64,000 nt of DNA from a virus. Lineage: Duplodnaviria; Heunggongvirae; Uroviricota; Caudoviricetes. Under the pieces are notes generated by a model. The model saw nothing but the letters and a program-made list of their open reading frames with translations. It was not told the origin of the DNA and ran no database searches. The position numbers and the translations under genes were made by a program. The stretch's first letter is position 1. Each line of letters begins with the position of its first letter. Below, piece by piece: positions 1 to 11,409 of the stretch. The stretch is from IMG/VR virus record IMGVR_UViG_3300021399_000097; one strand, written 5' to 3'.

Positions 1-3000
1 TTTTAATTTCATTATCAATTACTTCATCAATTTTATATAACTGATGCCCGCCACTTGATGCATATTTTTTCGCTACAAACATATCATCACATCTAATTCC
101 TTGAACAATAATCATACTTCCACGATTAAACCAAGATTTTTCAACAATATGTTTTTTCCCATCATCTCCCCTTGCTGATATTTGTTTATCAAACAAAGCG
201 AAATACTCTTTTCTAAACTTAACATCAACAACACCATTTGTTGTTAATAAACTAACTGTACTTTTATTTTTATTCTTTGCAATACAAGTCCCGCAAATCT
301 TATATAATTTATATAAGTTAATTGTTTTACCATTTTTTGTGAAACTTCTATCTATCTCTGGGTCTGTTGGTAAATCATAAAAATTAACAAACCCATATTG
401 ATTATTATTTATATTACTTAATTCATGCTCATGGTAATAAAAACATAATGCTTCCATTTCCCAAGCTGAAATTGTTCCTTTTGCATATTTATTCCAATCA
501 TTTAAGAATATCAATTTATTATATTCATGCAAAATATATTGTTGATTTTCTGTCATCCAAGTTCTAAATACATCCATCCATTTTTGATATATTTTATCCC
601 AGTCTGTTTTTAAAATACAATATATATTACCATTTTGACAAATCAATTGTTCTTGTTGAATATCTATTAAGAATGACATTGCGCGCTCATCTAAAACATA
701 ATATGGTTTTAATTTATTTGCACTAATTGTAATTGCTTTTAAATATCTATTAAACTCATATATGCGTCGCGCCATTATTCGCTCTTCCGTATCTTCTGGA
801 ACTAATTTATACTGCATTAAACCTGCCATATTTTGAAGATTCACTTTTTGTTTTTTATCACAAGTCTCCCAAATATACCAAGCCATGCATTCTTTTCTAT
901 CCATCATCTTATCAAAAGCTCCACCTTTAATAAGAGACATCATTACATTCTTCTTTGGTTTTACTTTATTTATAAAATCTCGTGGCGATACATATGGACG
1001 ATTTGAAATAATTTCTTCAATTACATCATCACCAACATTTAACATACCTTTCATGCCAAACAAGATTTGATTATTCTCTGGGTCAGGGACAAATCCAAAC
1101 TCGCTTCGGTTTATATCTGCCAAACTTACTTGAATACCTGCTGCCCTAATCTGCCCTATCGCTTTTGCTAACTTTGTATAATTTGTTCCATCTTGTTTAT
1201 CGTTATCTTCATCTTCTCCACTATCTAATGCACCACTATTTACAATTAAATATGCTGTATTCCAATAGACTGGATTAAAATGAGTTCCTAAATACAAAGT
1301 TTGCATACCAATGAATGAATATGCCAATGCATGAATAATACTAAACGAATAACCCATCTGCGGTCCTGCGCCATATTTCCAAATATATTCTCCAAGATTT
1401 TTTGAAGTTGCGCTCTCTAATACTTTCTGTTTCAATCCTGGAATCTTTGACATTTGTTTCTTACCAACAATCTTACGAGCTGCATTTGCTTCTGCTAATG
1501 AAAAACCGCAAATATGTTCATCCATTAACATTCTCATTAACTGTTCTTGGCTTGGTGGAACTCCATATGATGATTTAAAATATGGCTCAACTACTTTTTG
1601 TTCATCTTCTGTTAAACCACATCTTTCCATCTCTTTATACCATAATGAGATATTATTTTTATATCTTACATATTTATCCAATGGCATTTCTGCCCCTTGC
1701 TCGCTCGCCATCAAACGCATCAATCCATTTGCGTCTGCCATTTCCAATGGAGATTGTGGACGAATCTTTTTTGCTGCTTGCGCGCCAACAGAACCTTCAA
1801 ACTGAAATACTCCTAATACACTGCCGGCCGCAAGTGCATCCCACATTTTCTTATCATCTTTTGGAAGAACATTTGGATGCAGATATTTATCATAAACTTC
1901 TCTTAATGAAAGTTTTGGGTCAATTACTTCATCTGCCTGCAACAAATCAATTGTCTCAATAATAATATCTTGAACTGCCGTTAACAAAAAGTCATACTTT
2001 ACACTACCTGCAGCCTCTTGGTCATGCAAATCCCATTGAGTTGTTAAATTACCATTTCTGGCTCGCATAATCGCTGCTTCATCAAAAATATCTTCATCAA
2101 ATAAAATAACACCAGAAGCATGAATACCTCTACGAGACACTAGACCTTCAATACCCCTCATAATATCTAATAATCCAGGATATTGATTAACTGCATTAAT
2201 AAATTGTTTTTGCGGCATACGACCTTTATCAGGATTACCTTCAATCATATCATGTAAATCCCACAAAAATCCTCTTTCCTGTGGAACCAATGATGAAATA
2301 TACTGAGCATCATCAACATCAATTCCGTCTGGATAATCTTCACTTCTATATCCACGACATGCTGTCAATACTGCTGATTTTGTTGCTTCTGTTCCAAAAG
2401 TACATACTTGAACTATTCCAAGTTCTCCACGTTCTTTTCTAATTTCTTCAAATATCTTTGGAAGTTTACTCGGTGCCAAGTCAAGGTCAATATCACCTAA
2501 TTCAACACGTTCATCATTAAGATATCTCCAGAATGGTAATGACCATTCAATCGGGTCAAGTTGAGTTACACCCAAAAGATAATGATTTAAACCAGAACAT
2601 GCGGAGCCACGTCCCGCACCTACAGTACTGCCGCACCGCCAAAACAAATCAATATAATGCTGCAAAGTATTAGGATATGCAAACATACAAGTTTCAAGTT
2701 TTTCACCAATTACTTTTTTAACTCGTGCTTCTTCTTCTAATCTGTCAAGATATTCATCTTTTAATCCAATACCTTTATTTATCAATGCTTCACAACATTG
2801 ATTAACCCAATATCTTTCTTGAACATTATCACTTTCAAATAATTCATTTAAGACCGTACGATTACCAACATCAAAGTTTTTACCTTTTTGATAATTTTTT
2901 ACTGCTACTTCTGGAATATGCTGATGTTTCTCTAAACTATAAAAATCTATTTTCTTTTTTACTTCTAATGAGTTTTCAAATATCCAATCAATATCTCTAT

Positions 3001-3841
3001 CACTCATTGCAGCGCCCAGATGCTCTCTTACTTCATCTGGCGACTGCATATAAGCATATTCATAGAAATCATCAACTTCACGTTCTTCTTGTTTAGAATT
3101 AAGATATGATTTATGAACATACCTATCTTCTTTTTTTAAATAATGAGCATCAGTTCCTACAACCATCTTCAAACCAAAAGCATGGGCAACATTTAATAAT
3201 TGTTTATTTACTAATACTTGGTCTGCTTTTGTACTTGGCGCGCATTCTATATAGAAATCTTCTTTTCCAAATACATCAACACAAAAGTTTATAAACTCAC
3301 AAGCATTATTATAATATTCTAATTCTTTTTCTTTATCTTGTTCTTTTCTTGCTAATGCTAATCCATAAAGATTTGTTGATAATTCACCGCCCATACATGC
3401 GGTAGTTGCAATTATATGACCTTTATATTTCTTCATTATCTCTTTAAGTTCACTTTTTAAAGTTGGAACTCTTTCAAGACGCCTATCTGTATAAACATTA
3501 TACCAAGCTGTTGAAGATAATTCACATAACCCTTTATATCCCAATCTATCTTTTGCTAATAAAATAAAATGATAATATTTTTGTCCTCTATCTCTTGTCT
3601 CTGTTAAATATATCTCATTTCCTAATGCAATCGTGAAATCAGGATACTTTTCTTTAATTTCTTTCGCATATTTATTTACAATTATATGCGAACATAGAGC
3701 CTCGTGGTCTGTTATACTACATCCACTTAGCCCTACTTCTATTGCTCTGTTTATTAAGTCCTTAGGATGATTTATACAATCTATTAACCTAATATTACTA
3801 TATTCTGTATGTGCATGCACATCAAAAAATGTATCTATCAA
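1..3841 (-). CDS. dnaE: DNA polymerase III alpha subunit (DnaE-like, PHP + polymerase core), C-terminus beyond window
   Basis: Continuous minus-strand frame of more than 1,270 codons with no stop of any kind. N-terminal PHP motif FDVHAHTEYS, GSTVGAGRGSACSGL, and motifs typical of pol III alpha. Apparent TTG start 7 nt after AAAGGAG. Missing from the ORF track, presumably because it runs off the window edge and starts with TTG. Confidence 0.8.
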   Translation of the reverse strand, partial: MIDTFFDVHAHTEYSNIRLIDCINHPKDLINRAIEVGLSGCSITDHEALCSHIIVNKYAKEIKEKYPDFTIALGNEIYLTETRDRGQKYYHFILLAKDRLGYKGLCELSSTAWYNVYTDRRLERVPTLKSELKEIMKKYKGHIIATTACMGGELSTNLYGLALARKEQDKEKELEYYNNACEFINFCVDVFGKEDFYIECAPSTKADQVLVNKQLLNVAHAFGLKMVVGTDAHYLKKEDRYVHKSYLNSKQEEREVDDFYEYAYMQSPDEVREHLGAAMSDRDIDWIFENSLEVKKKIDFYSLEKHQHIPEVAVKNYQKGKNFDVGNRTVLNELFESDNVQERYWVNQCCEALINKGIGLKDEYLDRLEEEARVKKVIGEKLETCMFAYPNTLQHYIDLFWRCGSTVGAGRGSACSGLNHYLLGVTQLDPIEWSLPFWRYLNDERVELGDIDLDLAPSKLPKIFEEIRKERGELGIVQVCTFGTEATKSAVLTACRGYRSEDYPDGIDVDDAQYISSLVPQERGFLWDLHDMIEGNPDKGRMPQKQFINAVNQYPGLLDIMRGIEGLVSRRGIHASGVILFDEDIFDEAAIMRARNGNLTTQWDLHDQEAAGSVKYDFLLTAVQDIIIETIDLLQADEVIDPKLSLREVYDKYLHPNVLPKDDKKMWDALAAGSVLGVFQFEGSVGAQAAKKIRPQSPLEMADANGLMRLMASEQGAEMPLDKYVRYKNNISLWYKEMERCGLTEDEQKVVEPYFKSSYGVPPSQEQLMRMLMDEHICGFSLAEANAARKIVGKKQMSKIPGLKQKVLESATSKNLGEYIWKYGAGPQMGYSFSIIHALAYSFIGMQTLYLGTHFNPVYWNTAYLIVNSGALDSGEDEDNDKQDGTNYTKLAKAIGQIRAAGIQVSLADINRSEFGFVPDPENNQILFGMKGMLNVGDDVIEEIISNRPYVSPRDFINKVKPKKNVMMSLIKGGAFDKMMDRKECMAWYIWETCDKKQKVNLQNMAGLMQYKLVPEDTEERIMARRIYEFNRYLKAITISANKLKPYYVLDERAMSFLIDIQQEQLICQNGNIYCILKTDWDKIYQKWMDVFRTWMTENQQYILHEYNKLIFLNDWNKYAKGTISAWEMEALCFYYHEHELSNINNNQYGFVNFYDLPTDPEIDRSFTKNGKTINLYKLYKICGTCIAKNKNKSTVSLLTTNGVVDVKFRKEYFALFDKQISARGDDGKKHIVEKSWFNRGSMIIVQGIRCDDMFVAKKYASSGGHQLYKIDEVIDNEIK

Positions 3842-3876
3842 ACTAAAAACTCCTTTTCGCTATTTTTCTTTATTAT

Positions 3877-3905
3877 ATTATATCATATTTTTTCCTATGT
3901 GTCAA
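3877..3905 (-). promoter_or_regulatory. sigma70-type promoter P1 (TTGACA, 17 nt, TGaTATAAT) for dnaE
   Basis: Perfect consensus on the minus strand. Confidence 0.6.
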
Positions 3906-4074
3906 GTTGTTCCTGCAAACTGTCAATACCTTCTACAAGTATCTGTGTCATCACAGCAACTGCACCTGCATTATCAGTTTTAGAAAGCAAATAACCAATA
4001 AGATTATTTTCATCATTATTATAAAGGATTTTCCGCATTTCATCCAATAATTCTTGTGTAATTTCTATTTGCAT
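3883..4074 (-). CDS. small hypothetical protein (63 aa, 1 in-frame TAG)
   Basis: ATG overlaps the upstream TAA. Ends at TGA, and its 3' end carries the DnaE promoter. Confidence 0.3.
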
Positions 4075-4075
4075 A

Positions 4076-5320
4076 TTAATCTCCTATTAAAATAATAGTA
4101 TCGCTTGCACGAGTTACTAAAGTATAAAGATATTTAATATATTCTTCTTTTCCATTCTTATGTAATACCCATTTGCCATCAAAACCTAAAATCTTACTCC
4201 ATTCACTACCTTGCGCTTTCCAAGTAGTAATTGCATATCCATAAGTAAAATCATAAGGAATAAAATCAACCATATTAGAACGAATTGCTCTAGACATATA
4301 CTGTCGCAATTTATATAATTGTTTAGGGGTGAGCGCAGGTTCATTAGTTTTTAAAAACTTATAATCTACAGGAATAGAAAGATACATATCTTCTTCTTCT
4401 GGTATTCTCATATTAATCATCAATAAATCAACATTTGGTAAATCTAATCTACTAGGATAATGAGCATCATAATGTCTTAAACTTTCAATGTTTCCAATAG
4501 CTCCATTTGTTAATGGGACTTGATTTTGACTTGTAAAATCCCAATGATTACTTAATGCAATAATTTTGTCATCCTTTTCTGGCTCTGGCCCAAATCCAAA
4601 TAAAGTTCGTGCTTGATTATTAATATTCATGCGTTGAGTATTAGTTGCAGTAAGTATTTGATCAGCTCCTAAAATACATGCATTAAGGTCATCTGGGTCC
4701 ATTCGTTTTATAGAAGGAATAATTCTAACTTCTCCACTAACATTTTGAAAATTAATAAAATCTTTTCCTTCTCTAATATGCATAGAGAGACGAATAATTG
4801 CACTATCTTGCGCCTGCCGCATTATTTCATCCAAAAATATATGAGGATGCTCTAATACATGGTTGTTAATTTCTCGTCCTTCTTCATCTTTTCCTATCGG
4901 TGGGAGTTGCCCTGGGTCACCAATAGCAAGGACATGAACTCTATATGTTAATAGCAAATCCCACATATATTTTGGCAGCATACTGACTTCATCCACAACA
5001 ATTAGTTTATATTTATGGTCTAATGTTTTTTTAGGCTCATACATATATTTTCCATTTGGAAGAGGAACTGAATAATAAATAAGTTTATGCGCGGTTACTG
5101 CATTAGGACATCCTTTTTGTCGTAATACATTAGCTGCTTTTCCCGTATAAGCCACATATGCAATATCTTTTGGTGAGATATGGAGTGCATCAACAATAAA
5201 ATGAACTAATGTTGATTTACCAGAACCAGCATATCCCGCAATTACGGTATAAGGGAGTCCTAGATTATAATTAGCAACAGCTATTTTTAATCCTTGTTCT
5301 TGTTTATTTGTTAATTGCAC
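4076..5320 (-). CDS. SF1 DNA helicase (Dda/RecD-like)
   Basis: Walker A GYAGSGKST, VVDEVSM, IGDPGQLPPI, TWKAQGSEW, LYTLVTRASD. Confidence 0.75.
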   Translation of the reverse strand: MQLTNKQEQGLKIAVANYNLGLPYTVIAGYAGSGKSTLVHFIVDALHISPKDIAYVAYTGKAANVLRQKGCPNAVTAHKLIYYSVPLPNGKYMYEPKKTLDHKYKLIVVDEVSMLPKYMWDLLLTYRVHVLAIGDPGQLPPIGKDEEGREINNHVLEHPHIFLDEIMRQAQDSAIIRLSMHIREGKDFINFQNVSGEVRIIPSIKRMDPDDLNACILGADQILTATNTQRMNINNQARTLFGFGPEPEKDDKIIALSNHWDFTSQNQVPLTNGAIGNIESLRHYDAHYPSRLDLPNVDLLMINMRIPEEEDMYLSIPVDYKFLKTNEPALTPKQLYKLRQYMSRAIRSNMVDFIPYDFTYGYAITTWKAQGSEWSKILGFDGKWVLHKNGKEEYIKYLYTLVTRASDTIILIGD

Positions 5321-5335
5321 TTCATTTCACCTTTC

Positions 5336-5647
5336 TTATACTACATAATGTCTTTCAATAATTTCTTCTTGCCAATGAATATCAGGATATCTTTTTTGAC
5401 AGTATTCTATAAGCTCATCAGCAGTCATATAATTAAAAAGTTCCCCTTTAAAAAAATCTTCATGGAGAGTAAGATAATCCCAAAACTCTTTAAGATTTTC
5501 TTGTGGTTCTATTATTAAAAAATGTTCAATATCCGAAACAATATCATAAACTTCTCTTCCTTTACGAAGAAAAGATTTAATATCTAACAAATCTAAAGCT
5601 TGCTCAGTTAATCTCATAGATTCATTATATGTATAGTATTTTTTCAT
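5336..5647 (-). CDS. hypothetical protein
   Basis: Intact ORF ending in TAA, downstream of promoter P2. Confidence 0.4.
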   Translation of the reverse strand: MKKYYTYNESMRLTEQALDLLDIKSFLRKGREVYDIVSDIEHFLIIEPQENLKEFWDYLTLHEDFFKGELFNYMTADELIEYCQKRYPDIHWQEEIIERHYVV

Positions 5648-5653
5648 ATATAT

Positions 5654-5682
5654 ATTATATCATAATTTTTTAATTTTTTCAA
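5654..5682 (-). promoter_or_regulatory. sigma70-type promoter P2 (TTGAAA, 17 nt, TGaTATAAT)
   Basis: Minus-strand motif family. Confidence 0.55.
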
Positions 5683-5693
5683 TTATAAAATTA

Positions 5694-7463
5694 TTAAAAC
5701 TCCCATTGACTTCTTGTTTGTATTTCAAAATCTTCTAACATAATTTGTGGCGTTACGTTTCCCATATAATGATTAAGAGCGCATTTACCAATTGCTGTGA
5801 TTATAATAATTCCATTTTGTGGGTCAAGTAACTGTTTTTCTTCTTCAGTAATATTAAACTTAATTATATTTAATTGTCTGTCTGGGAAACTAATTTTTAA
5901 AGTATTTTTATTAGAACCAATAAAATGTATTGTATCAGCTGTAAGTTTAATATTTGTAATTGCAATCAAAGGCTCGTCTAAATGTTGGCCCCATAAATCA
6001 GCATTAGACCCAATAGAAAATACATCATTATCATCTAATTGGTTAAAGTTTAATTCTAGATCTACTAAATAACAAGGTGAAAAATCAAAGTCTTTTAATT
6101 TTTCATTCGTTACTTCAACAAACTTATCATAATTTTCAACAGGAATTGCGCATCCAAAAGCAGATGCATGGCCTTGTGCTAATGATGTTAGACCAGTATC
6201 TAAACAAAATTGTCTAAAATCTTCTAATTGAGAATTACCATAATTGCGGCCAGACCCCGCATAGACAGGAGTTCCTTCCTCATCAACTGTTTCGCGCAAA
6301 ATTAACGTAGGTTTAGCATACTTATTAGCAATTTGGTTAGCAATTAAGCCAGCAAGATTTTGGTCAACTGCATCAGCGGCAACGCATACTACTAAAAGTT
6401 TATTTTCTAATAAATTATTTTCATAAATCAATTCTTCAACATAAGCTAAACTACTATCTTGCGCTTTTTTCTACCTACTCTTTACATTGATACAAGTACG
6501 GCCGGCCTGTTCGTGTCTTGTTTCAACTTGACCTTTGCATCCTCTTTTGGTTGAAGGAATAAGTTCATCACTACGCCAATCTAACATTGCTTCAAACATT
6601 AGATACTTTTCTTCTGGTGTTCCACTTCTAACCATAGCATTAATATAAGGAGTAATGTAAAAAGCAATTCCAATAGGAGTAATATTATTTTCAAATTGGT
6701 ATCTTTGTCTATTCATCATTTCTACAAAGAAATGATTGGTAATATTTGCCAGACCTAATTTAATAAGTTCGTGTGTCTCAAAATCTCTTTGGTCCATCAT
6801 ATCACTAATTAAAGATAATGCTACTAAATCTTCAAAATCTTTTGCATAATTGGTTTTCATTAAAATATCAAATTGTGAGCAAAACTTATAAACAATAGCA
6901 CCGCCGCATAAAGATTTTGTAGGATATTGTGTAGATAATTGATTGTTAATTACACAAGCGTATTTACTATATCCTTCATCTGCTTCATGGTGGTCAAGAA
7001 CTAAACAGTCAACTTGATGGTTATATAAAAGCTCATGTGCTTCATAATCATTACTTGCGGCATCTGGTACTATAATTAATTTATATCCTTTAGCTAACCA
7101 GTTACTTTGTTCAAGAACATCTTTTAAGCCATGCTACTTACCAGTATGGATAAAATAATCAACATTATTCTGTACCCACCCTGGGAAGAACTTATTGAAA
7201 TAATTCATAAATATAGCAGCAGAACAAAAACCATCGGCATCAGCATCAACTACAATTAGAGCCTTATCATTAGCATTGATATGTTTAGCTAACATTTGCA
7301 AGCCTTCTACCATATTGTCTAAAAGCAATGGATTTAAGATATCATTCTCATCAGTTGATAAAAAATGAATAATATCTTCAGTAGTTTTAAATCCTCTATT
7401 TAATAAAATCTATTGTAATAAAGTAATACCATTTTGTCGTGGTGCAATTAATCTATATTCCAT
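5694..7463 (-). CDS. recJ: RecJ-like DHH-family ssDNA exonuclease (3 in-frame TAG)
   Basis: Track ORFs 5694..6431, 6471..6860 and 7134..7328 plus the upstream segment share one frame, joined by TAG at about 6471, 7134 and 7410. Motifs DADADGF, LDHHE, GGAIVYKF and AQGHASAFGC, and an N-terminal region resembling the RecJ N-terminus. Confidence 0.75.
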
Positions 7464-7804
7464 TTATCTAATACTCCTTTATCATTATATCTATAAACTG
7501 GCACAGAAGGAGTACTAGCTAATTTGATTTTGTCACAAAGAGTATTTTCAATAAAAAATAGGTTCGCGCAATTATCAGCTGTATCTTGATTAAAAGGAAC
7601 TGCTAATATTGTAATTCCACAATGCTTATTCTAATTATTCATATATCCATAAATCTTGCCATCGTGATAAGCAGTTTCATATCTACTTCTATGAAAATCT
7701 CGTCTAATAAGTGCTGCTGTAATATCAAAAAATAATGCTTCTGTATAATTTCTATTACTGTCTTTATCATATAAAATTATTATAAGTAAATCTTTGTTTT
7801 CCAT
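7448..7804 (-). CDS. hypothetical protein (118 aa, 1 TAG)
   Basis: ATG overlaps the primase 3' end. Its TAA overlaps the RecJ ATG. Confidence 0.4.
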
Positions 7805-8877
7805 AATTGTAAAAATATATCCTTTCCATCATCTACTGGAGCATCTTTATATCCTGTTAACATCTGTTTGTCAAATATAATACTAATATCTAAATAATTT
7901 TTATACTTATTATGAAGTTTGGTTAAATTACTAGTTAGATGCTTGAACTCATCATCTCCAATAGCTTGGAATTGTCTATCAAAAGCAATAGTCATTTCTT
8001 TAACCCCAGCATCTAATAGTAATTGTACTTGATAAATAGAGATATTTGACCCACAACAAGCGACTGAAATATCATTATCTAAACCAAAAAAAGATTGATA
8101 TTTTAAACAACTTTTTTCACTTTCAAAAATAATTGCCCGATGTGTAATATTGATATTATTTTTACTATTATTTAAATTATATAAGTTCATTCCAAGAGGA
8201 TGATTATATAATTGCCGATTAACAAACAATGGTCTATATTTACCATATAAATCAGCATCTTGTTTACACAAAGACCTTCCACGTAAACCAATGAAGTTCC
8301 CATCTTTATCAAAATGTGGGATGGTGATTTGCGCTCCACCGGGATAAAAACCTATTCGCGCATTATCCATTACAGATTGAGAAATGCCTTCACGCAACCA
8401 TGGATTAAGTTTAACATTATAATTCATACGAGATAAAATAATATCATCATAAGGCTTTAAAGTTACTCTATAATCTTTATTTTCTATCTCTTGGACCCGG
8501 TCATATGTATTAAAAAATTGCCAATCTAATAATGTCTCTTGTTCGTCAAACTCTTCTTCTCCAGCAAGATTAAACTTAATAGCAATATAACGAACAGCAT
8601 CATTTAAGTCATATTCTCTGCCCCATTGGTTATTAGCAACTTTAATCAATAATTCAAATATATCAAAACTGCCGCAGTTAGTAAAACAATGAAACAACCC
8701 AGTATTTTCATAATAGTATAATTTACGACTACCTTCACCTGGTTGATTATGGCAAATAGTTGAAGAAAGGATACCAAAGCTGGTATACTCTGGATCCCCT
8801 CCCCATTCTTGCAATAAGTCAAAAATGTTCTCTATTTTTAATTTTTCTCTAACTTCATACTTTTTATAAGTAACCAT
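7780..8877 (-). CDS. DNA primase (zinc-binding + TOPRIM)
   Basis: CHNQ...HCFTNCG zinc motif and IIFESEKSC TOPRIM motif. TAATG overlap with the upstream gene. Confidence 0.65.
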   Translation of the reverse strand: MVTYKKYEVREKLKIENIFDLLQEWGGDPEYTSFGILSSTICHNQPGEGSRKLYYYENTGLFHCFTNCGSFDIFELLIKVANNQWGREYDLNDAVRYIAIKFNLAGEEEFDEQETLLDWQFFNTYDRVQEIENKDYRVTLKPYDDIILSRMNYNVKLNPWLREGISQSVMDNARIGFYPGGAQITIPHFDKDGNFIGLRGRSLCKQDADLYGKYRPLFVNRQLYNHPLGMNLYNLNNSKNNINITHRAIIFESEKSCLKYQSFFGLDNDISVACCGSNISIYQVQLLLDAGVKEMTIAFDRQFQAIGDDEFKHLTSNLTKLHNKYKNYLDISIIFDKQMLTGYKDAPVDDGKDIFLQLWKTKIYL

Positions 8878-9095
8878 TATACTAAGACAACCCTAGTGCA
8901 ATACCCCTTAAGTCTAAACTCTGTATTTACAATATCACACAAGAACTTTTGAGGATTGCTATGCTGGTCATCGCCTTTTCTTGTGGCTAAAAGTTGTTTT
9001 GCATAAGCCTTTGGCATTTCATACTCAATTTCTCCATAAAAAGGTGTAGACCATACAGTAGTGGGTACACTCTCAATAATCTTATCTTTTTTCAT
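8877..9095 (-). CDS. hypothetical protein
   Basis: AAGGAG SD 8 nt upstream, TAA stop. Confidence 0.45.
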   Translation of the reverse strand: MKKDKIIESVPTTVWSTPFYGEIEYEMPKAYAKQLLATRKGDDQHSNPQKFLCDIVNTEFRLKGYCTRVVLV

Positions 9096-9109
9096 TATTT
9101 ATTCTCCTT

Positions 9110-10639
9110 TTAAAAAGCACTTGGCTCTGTTGTTAATATTTTTAAATTATCAATCTGTACAATTTCATAACTATATGTTGTCGCAAACATTGGTTGGATA
9201 CGACAAGTTCCTAAGTCTGCTTTACACCAAAGATAAATCCCTTTATATCTACCACGACGATTTTTATAAATTGACATTTTTAAATCTGGTTTATCAAATG
9301 CATTATTCGCTAAAATACGTTGTAGATTTTCTATATCATCATCTTTTGCCGGAAGTAAAATTGCACCCATATCTATTTTATCTGCAATTGCTTTTGCACC
9401 ACGCAATAGATTTTGGTCAGGCGTTTCACTTATTTGATAATCACCATTTAACTGAGTTGCTGACATAATAAAAATGCCATACTTATTACATAAATCTTTA
9501 AGTCTAATTGATAACATAAAAAGAATTGTATCTTCACGAAGTTTTACTCCACCAGACCTACGAGTAATTTCTTCTAATATCTTTAAACTAGTATGAATAT
9601 AATCAAAGAAACAATACTTAATATCATGGTCTCTTATATTCTTTTTGATTTTATTTTCAACATCTTGTAATGAGAAATCTGGTAATACTTCAATATAAAT
9701 TGGACTATTCTTTAAAATTCTACCTGCCTCATAAACTCGTTCTTTTTCATCGCCTTCATATTTGCCATTTAAAATATGTTCTTCATTAACATTAGATAAA
9801 AATGCTAACATCATTGTTTGTATTTCACCTAATTCTTGCTCTGTTGTAATATACAACACTGGTTCAGCAACTCCATTGTTATTCCAACCAAATACATTAT
9901 CATATATTTTATTGCATCCAATATTACAACAATCTGCAATCATAGAACGAGACTTACCAACGCCAGTAGGTGCCGAGCGCAAATAAAACTTTTTTAATCG
10001 CGCACCTCTTGTAACTGTGTTAATCAATGGCCCATAAAGTGGTACTCCTACCTCTGGACTTTTTTCTAACTCTTGAAGTAAATCAATTATTCCTTCACCA
10101 GCTTGTGTTGCTTCACCCCAAGCATCATCTACATATGTTGATTTTATTTGGTCAACTTTATCTTGAACTTTTTGAGCAATATTTTCAAGACTTGTGTTAT
10201 CTAATATCTCTTCTTGCTGTTGGCGTTTCTTGATATCTACAATATTGTCTGGGTCATAAATATCACTAACGTCAATCCCATATTGATCAAAAACCCTTAA
10301 TAAAGTCATTTTCTTCATTCGGTTATAATAATAATCAAATGAAGCAGTTTCCGCATTTTCACTAGCTTTTAATAGCCATTCTTCACCTTTTTGTTTGGTA
10401 AATATAGCTTCACTTTTTGGACGAGAAGATAAATAATCCAAAATACTATTTAAAGTAATTTTTTCTGCGCCCAACTCATGCAGTTTAAAAATACTTCCAA
10501 ACACAATTTTATGAAACTGGTCTGGAAAATCATCATCAGTAATTGAATATCTATCTGTATAATCCAATAGTTGAGGAGATTTAAAAACACACCCAATTAC
10601 TTGAACAATACTAGGTGTATCTACATATTTTGAACTCAT
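9110..10639 (-). CDS. dnaB: replicative DNA helicase (DnaB family)
   Basis: Walker A PTGVGKSRSM, IFIMSATQLN, and a C-terminal GAILLP...YKNRRGR region. GGAGGAGG SD. Confidence 0.7.
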   Translation of the reverse strand: MSSKYVDTPSIVQVIGCVFKSPQLLDYTDRYSITDDDFPDQFHKIVFGSIFKLHELGAEKITLNSILDYLSSRPKSEAIFTKQKGEEWLLKASENAETASFDYYYNRMKKMTLLRVFDQYGIDVSDIYDPDNIVDIKKRQQQEEILDNTSLENIAQKVQDKVDQIKSTYVDDAWGEATQAGEGIIDLLQELEKSPEVGVPLYGPLINTVTRGARLKKFYLRSAPTGVGKSRSMIADCCNIGCNKIYDNVFGWNNNGVAEPVLYITTEQELGEIQTMMLAFLSNVNEEHILNGKYEGDEKERVYEAGRILKNSPIYIEVLPDFSLQDVENKIKKNIRDHDIKYCFFDYIHTSLKILEEITRRSGGVKLREDTILFMLSIRLKDLCNKYGIFIMSATQLNGDYQISETPDQNLLRGAKAIADKIDMGAILLPAKDDDIENLQRILANNAFDKPDLKMSIYKNRRGRYKGIYLWCKADLGTCRIQPMFATTYSYEIVQIDNLKILTTEPSAF

Positions 10640-11316
10640 TCACTTTCCTCCTCCTCTTGGTCTAAAAAAGAAAATAACTTTCTTTTTTCAATTTCTCTTT
10701 TCGGCGATGGGATTACCACAACTACATCTTTTGGAATATAATCATTTAAATCTTTCTGTTTATTTTCCTAATCTGCTAACCATAAAGCATAATAATAATC
10801 ATAAGCATTTTTATAAATATAAGGGATAATTCCAACCCCTCTATCTAAATCCACAGGTTTTTTCTTTACATCATACCAATATTTTAATGCCTTTAACATC
10901 CCAGAATATGTAAAGTTATACTCTTTTTCATATTGAGTTAATTGTTTTGCATATCTTGGTAAAATATAGTCATCTTTTAATTTAAATAAATTGATTATAT
11001 AAACAGTTAATTCTTCTTTATCATTTGCAGGATGATGTTCGGCGCATGCTTTATGGACATATCTATTTTTTAATTGCGGCATTGGTATAACATCTTCTGC
11101 ATCTTTATATATTGCTTGATGGCACCAAAAACAATTAGTTGTTAAGGCTGGGTCCCATATTCTATAAGTTTCAGTTTCTGTTTTATTTTCTACTGCATCT
11201 ATATAACATTGGGCATGCCCGTGTCTAAATACTGACCCATGAGGAATCTAAACATATGGCTCTTTTTCTTTATCAAACTTTTTTTTGCAATATTTACAAG
11301 TTACTATTGAAGCCAT
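10636..11316 (-). CDS. zinc-finger protein, possible helicase loader (2 TAG; C-terminal 42 codons after the second TAG are uncertain)
   Basis: MASIVTCKYCKKKF...CFWCH Cys/His cluster. ORF 10768..11082 is its central part. A TAG at about 11248 joins the N-terminus. A TAG at about 10768 is followed by an in-frame acidic tail that ends at a TGA overlapping the dnaB ATG. Confidence 0.45.
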
Positions 11317-11349
11317 TTAATTCCTTCTTTCTATAAAATCTCTATATAT

Positions 11350-11378
11350 ATTATAACATAAAAAAATAGAAAAATCAA
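11350..11378 (-). promoter_or_regulatory. sigma70-type promoter P3 (TTGATT, 17 nt, TGtTATAAT)
   Basis: Minus-strand motif family. Confidence 0.55.
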
Positions 11379-11409
11379 GTCAATGTTGATTTTTCTATTT
11401 TTATTTATA

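Noticed and set aside
9110-10639. Intein in DnaB
   Set aside because: At 509 aa the protein is normal size for DnaB and has no Cys/Ser...His-Asn splicing blocks.
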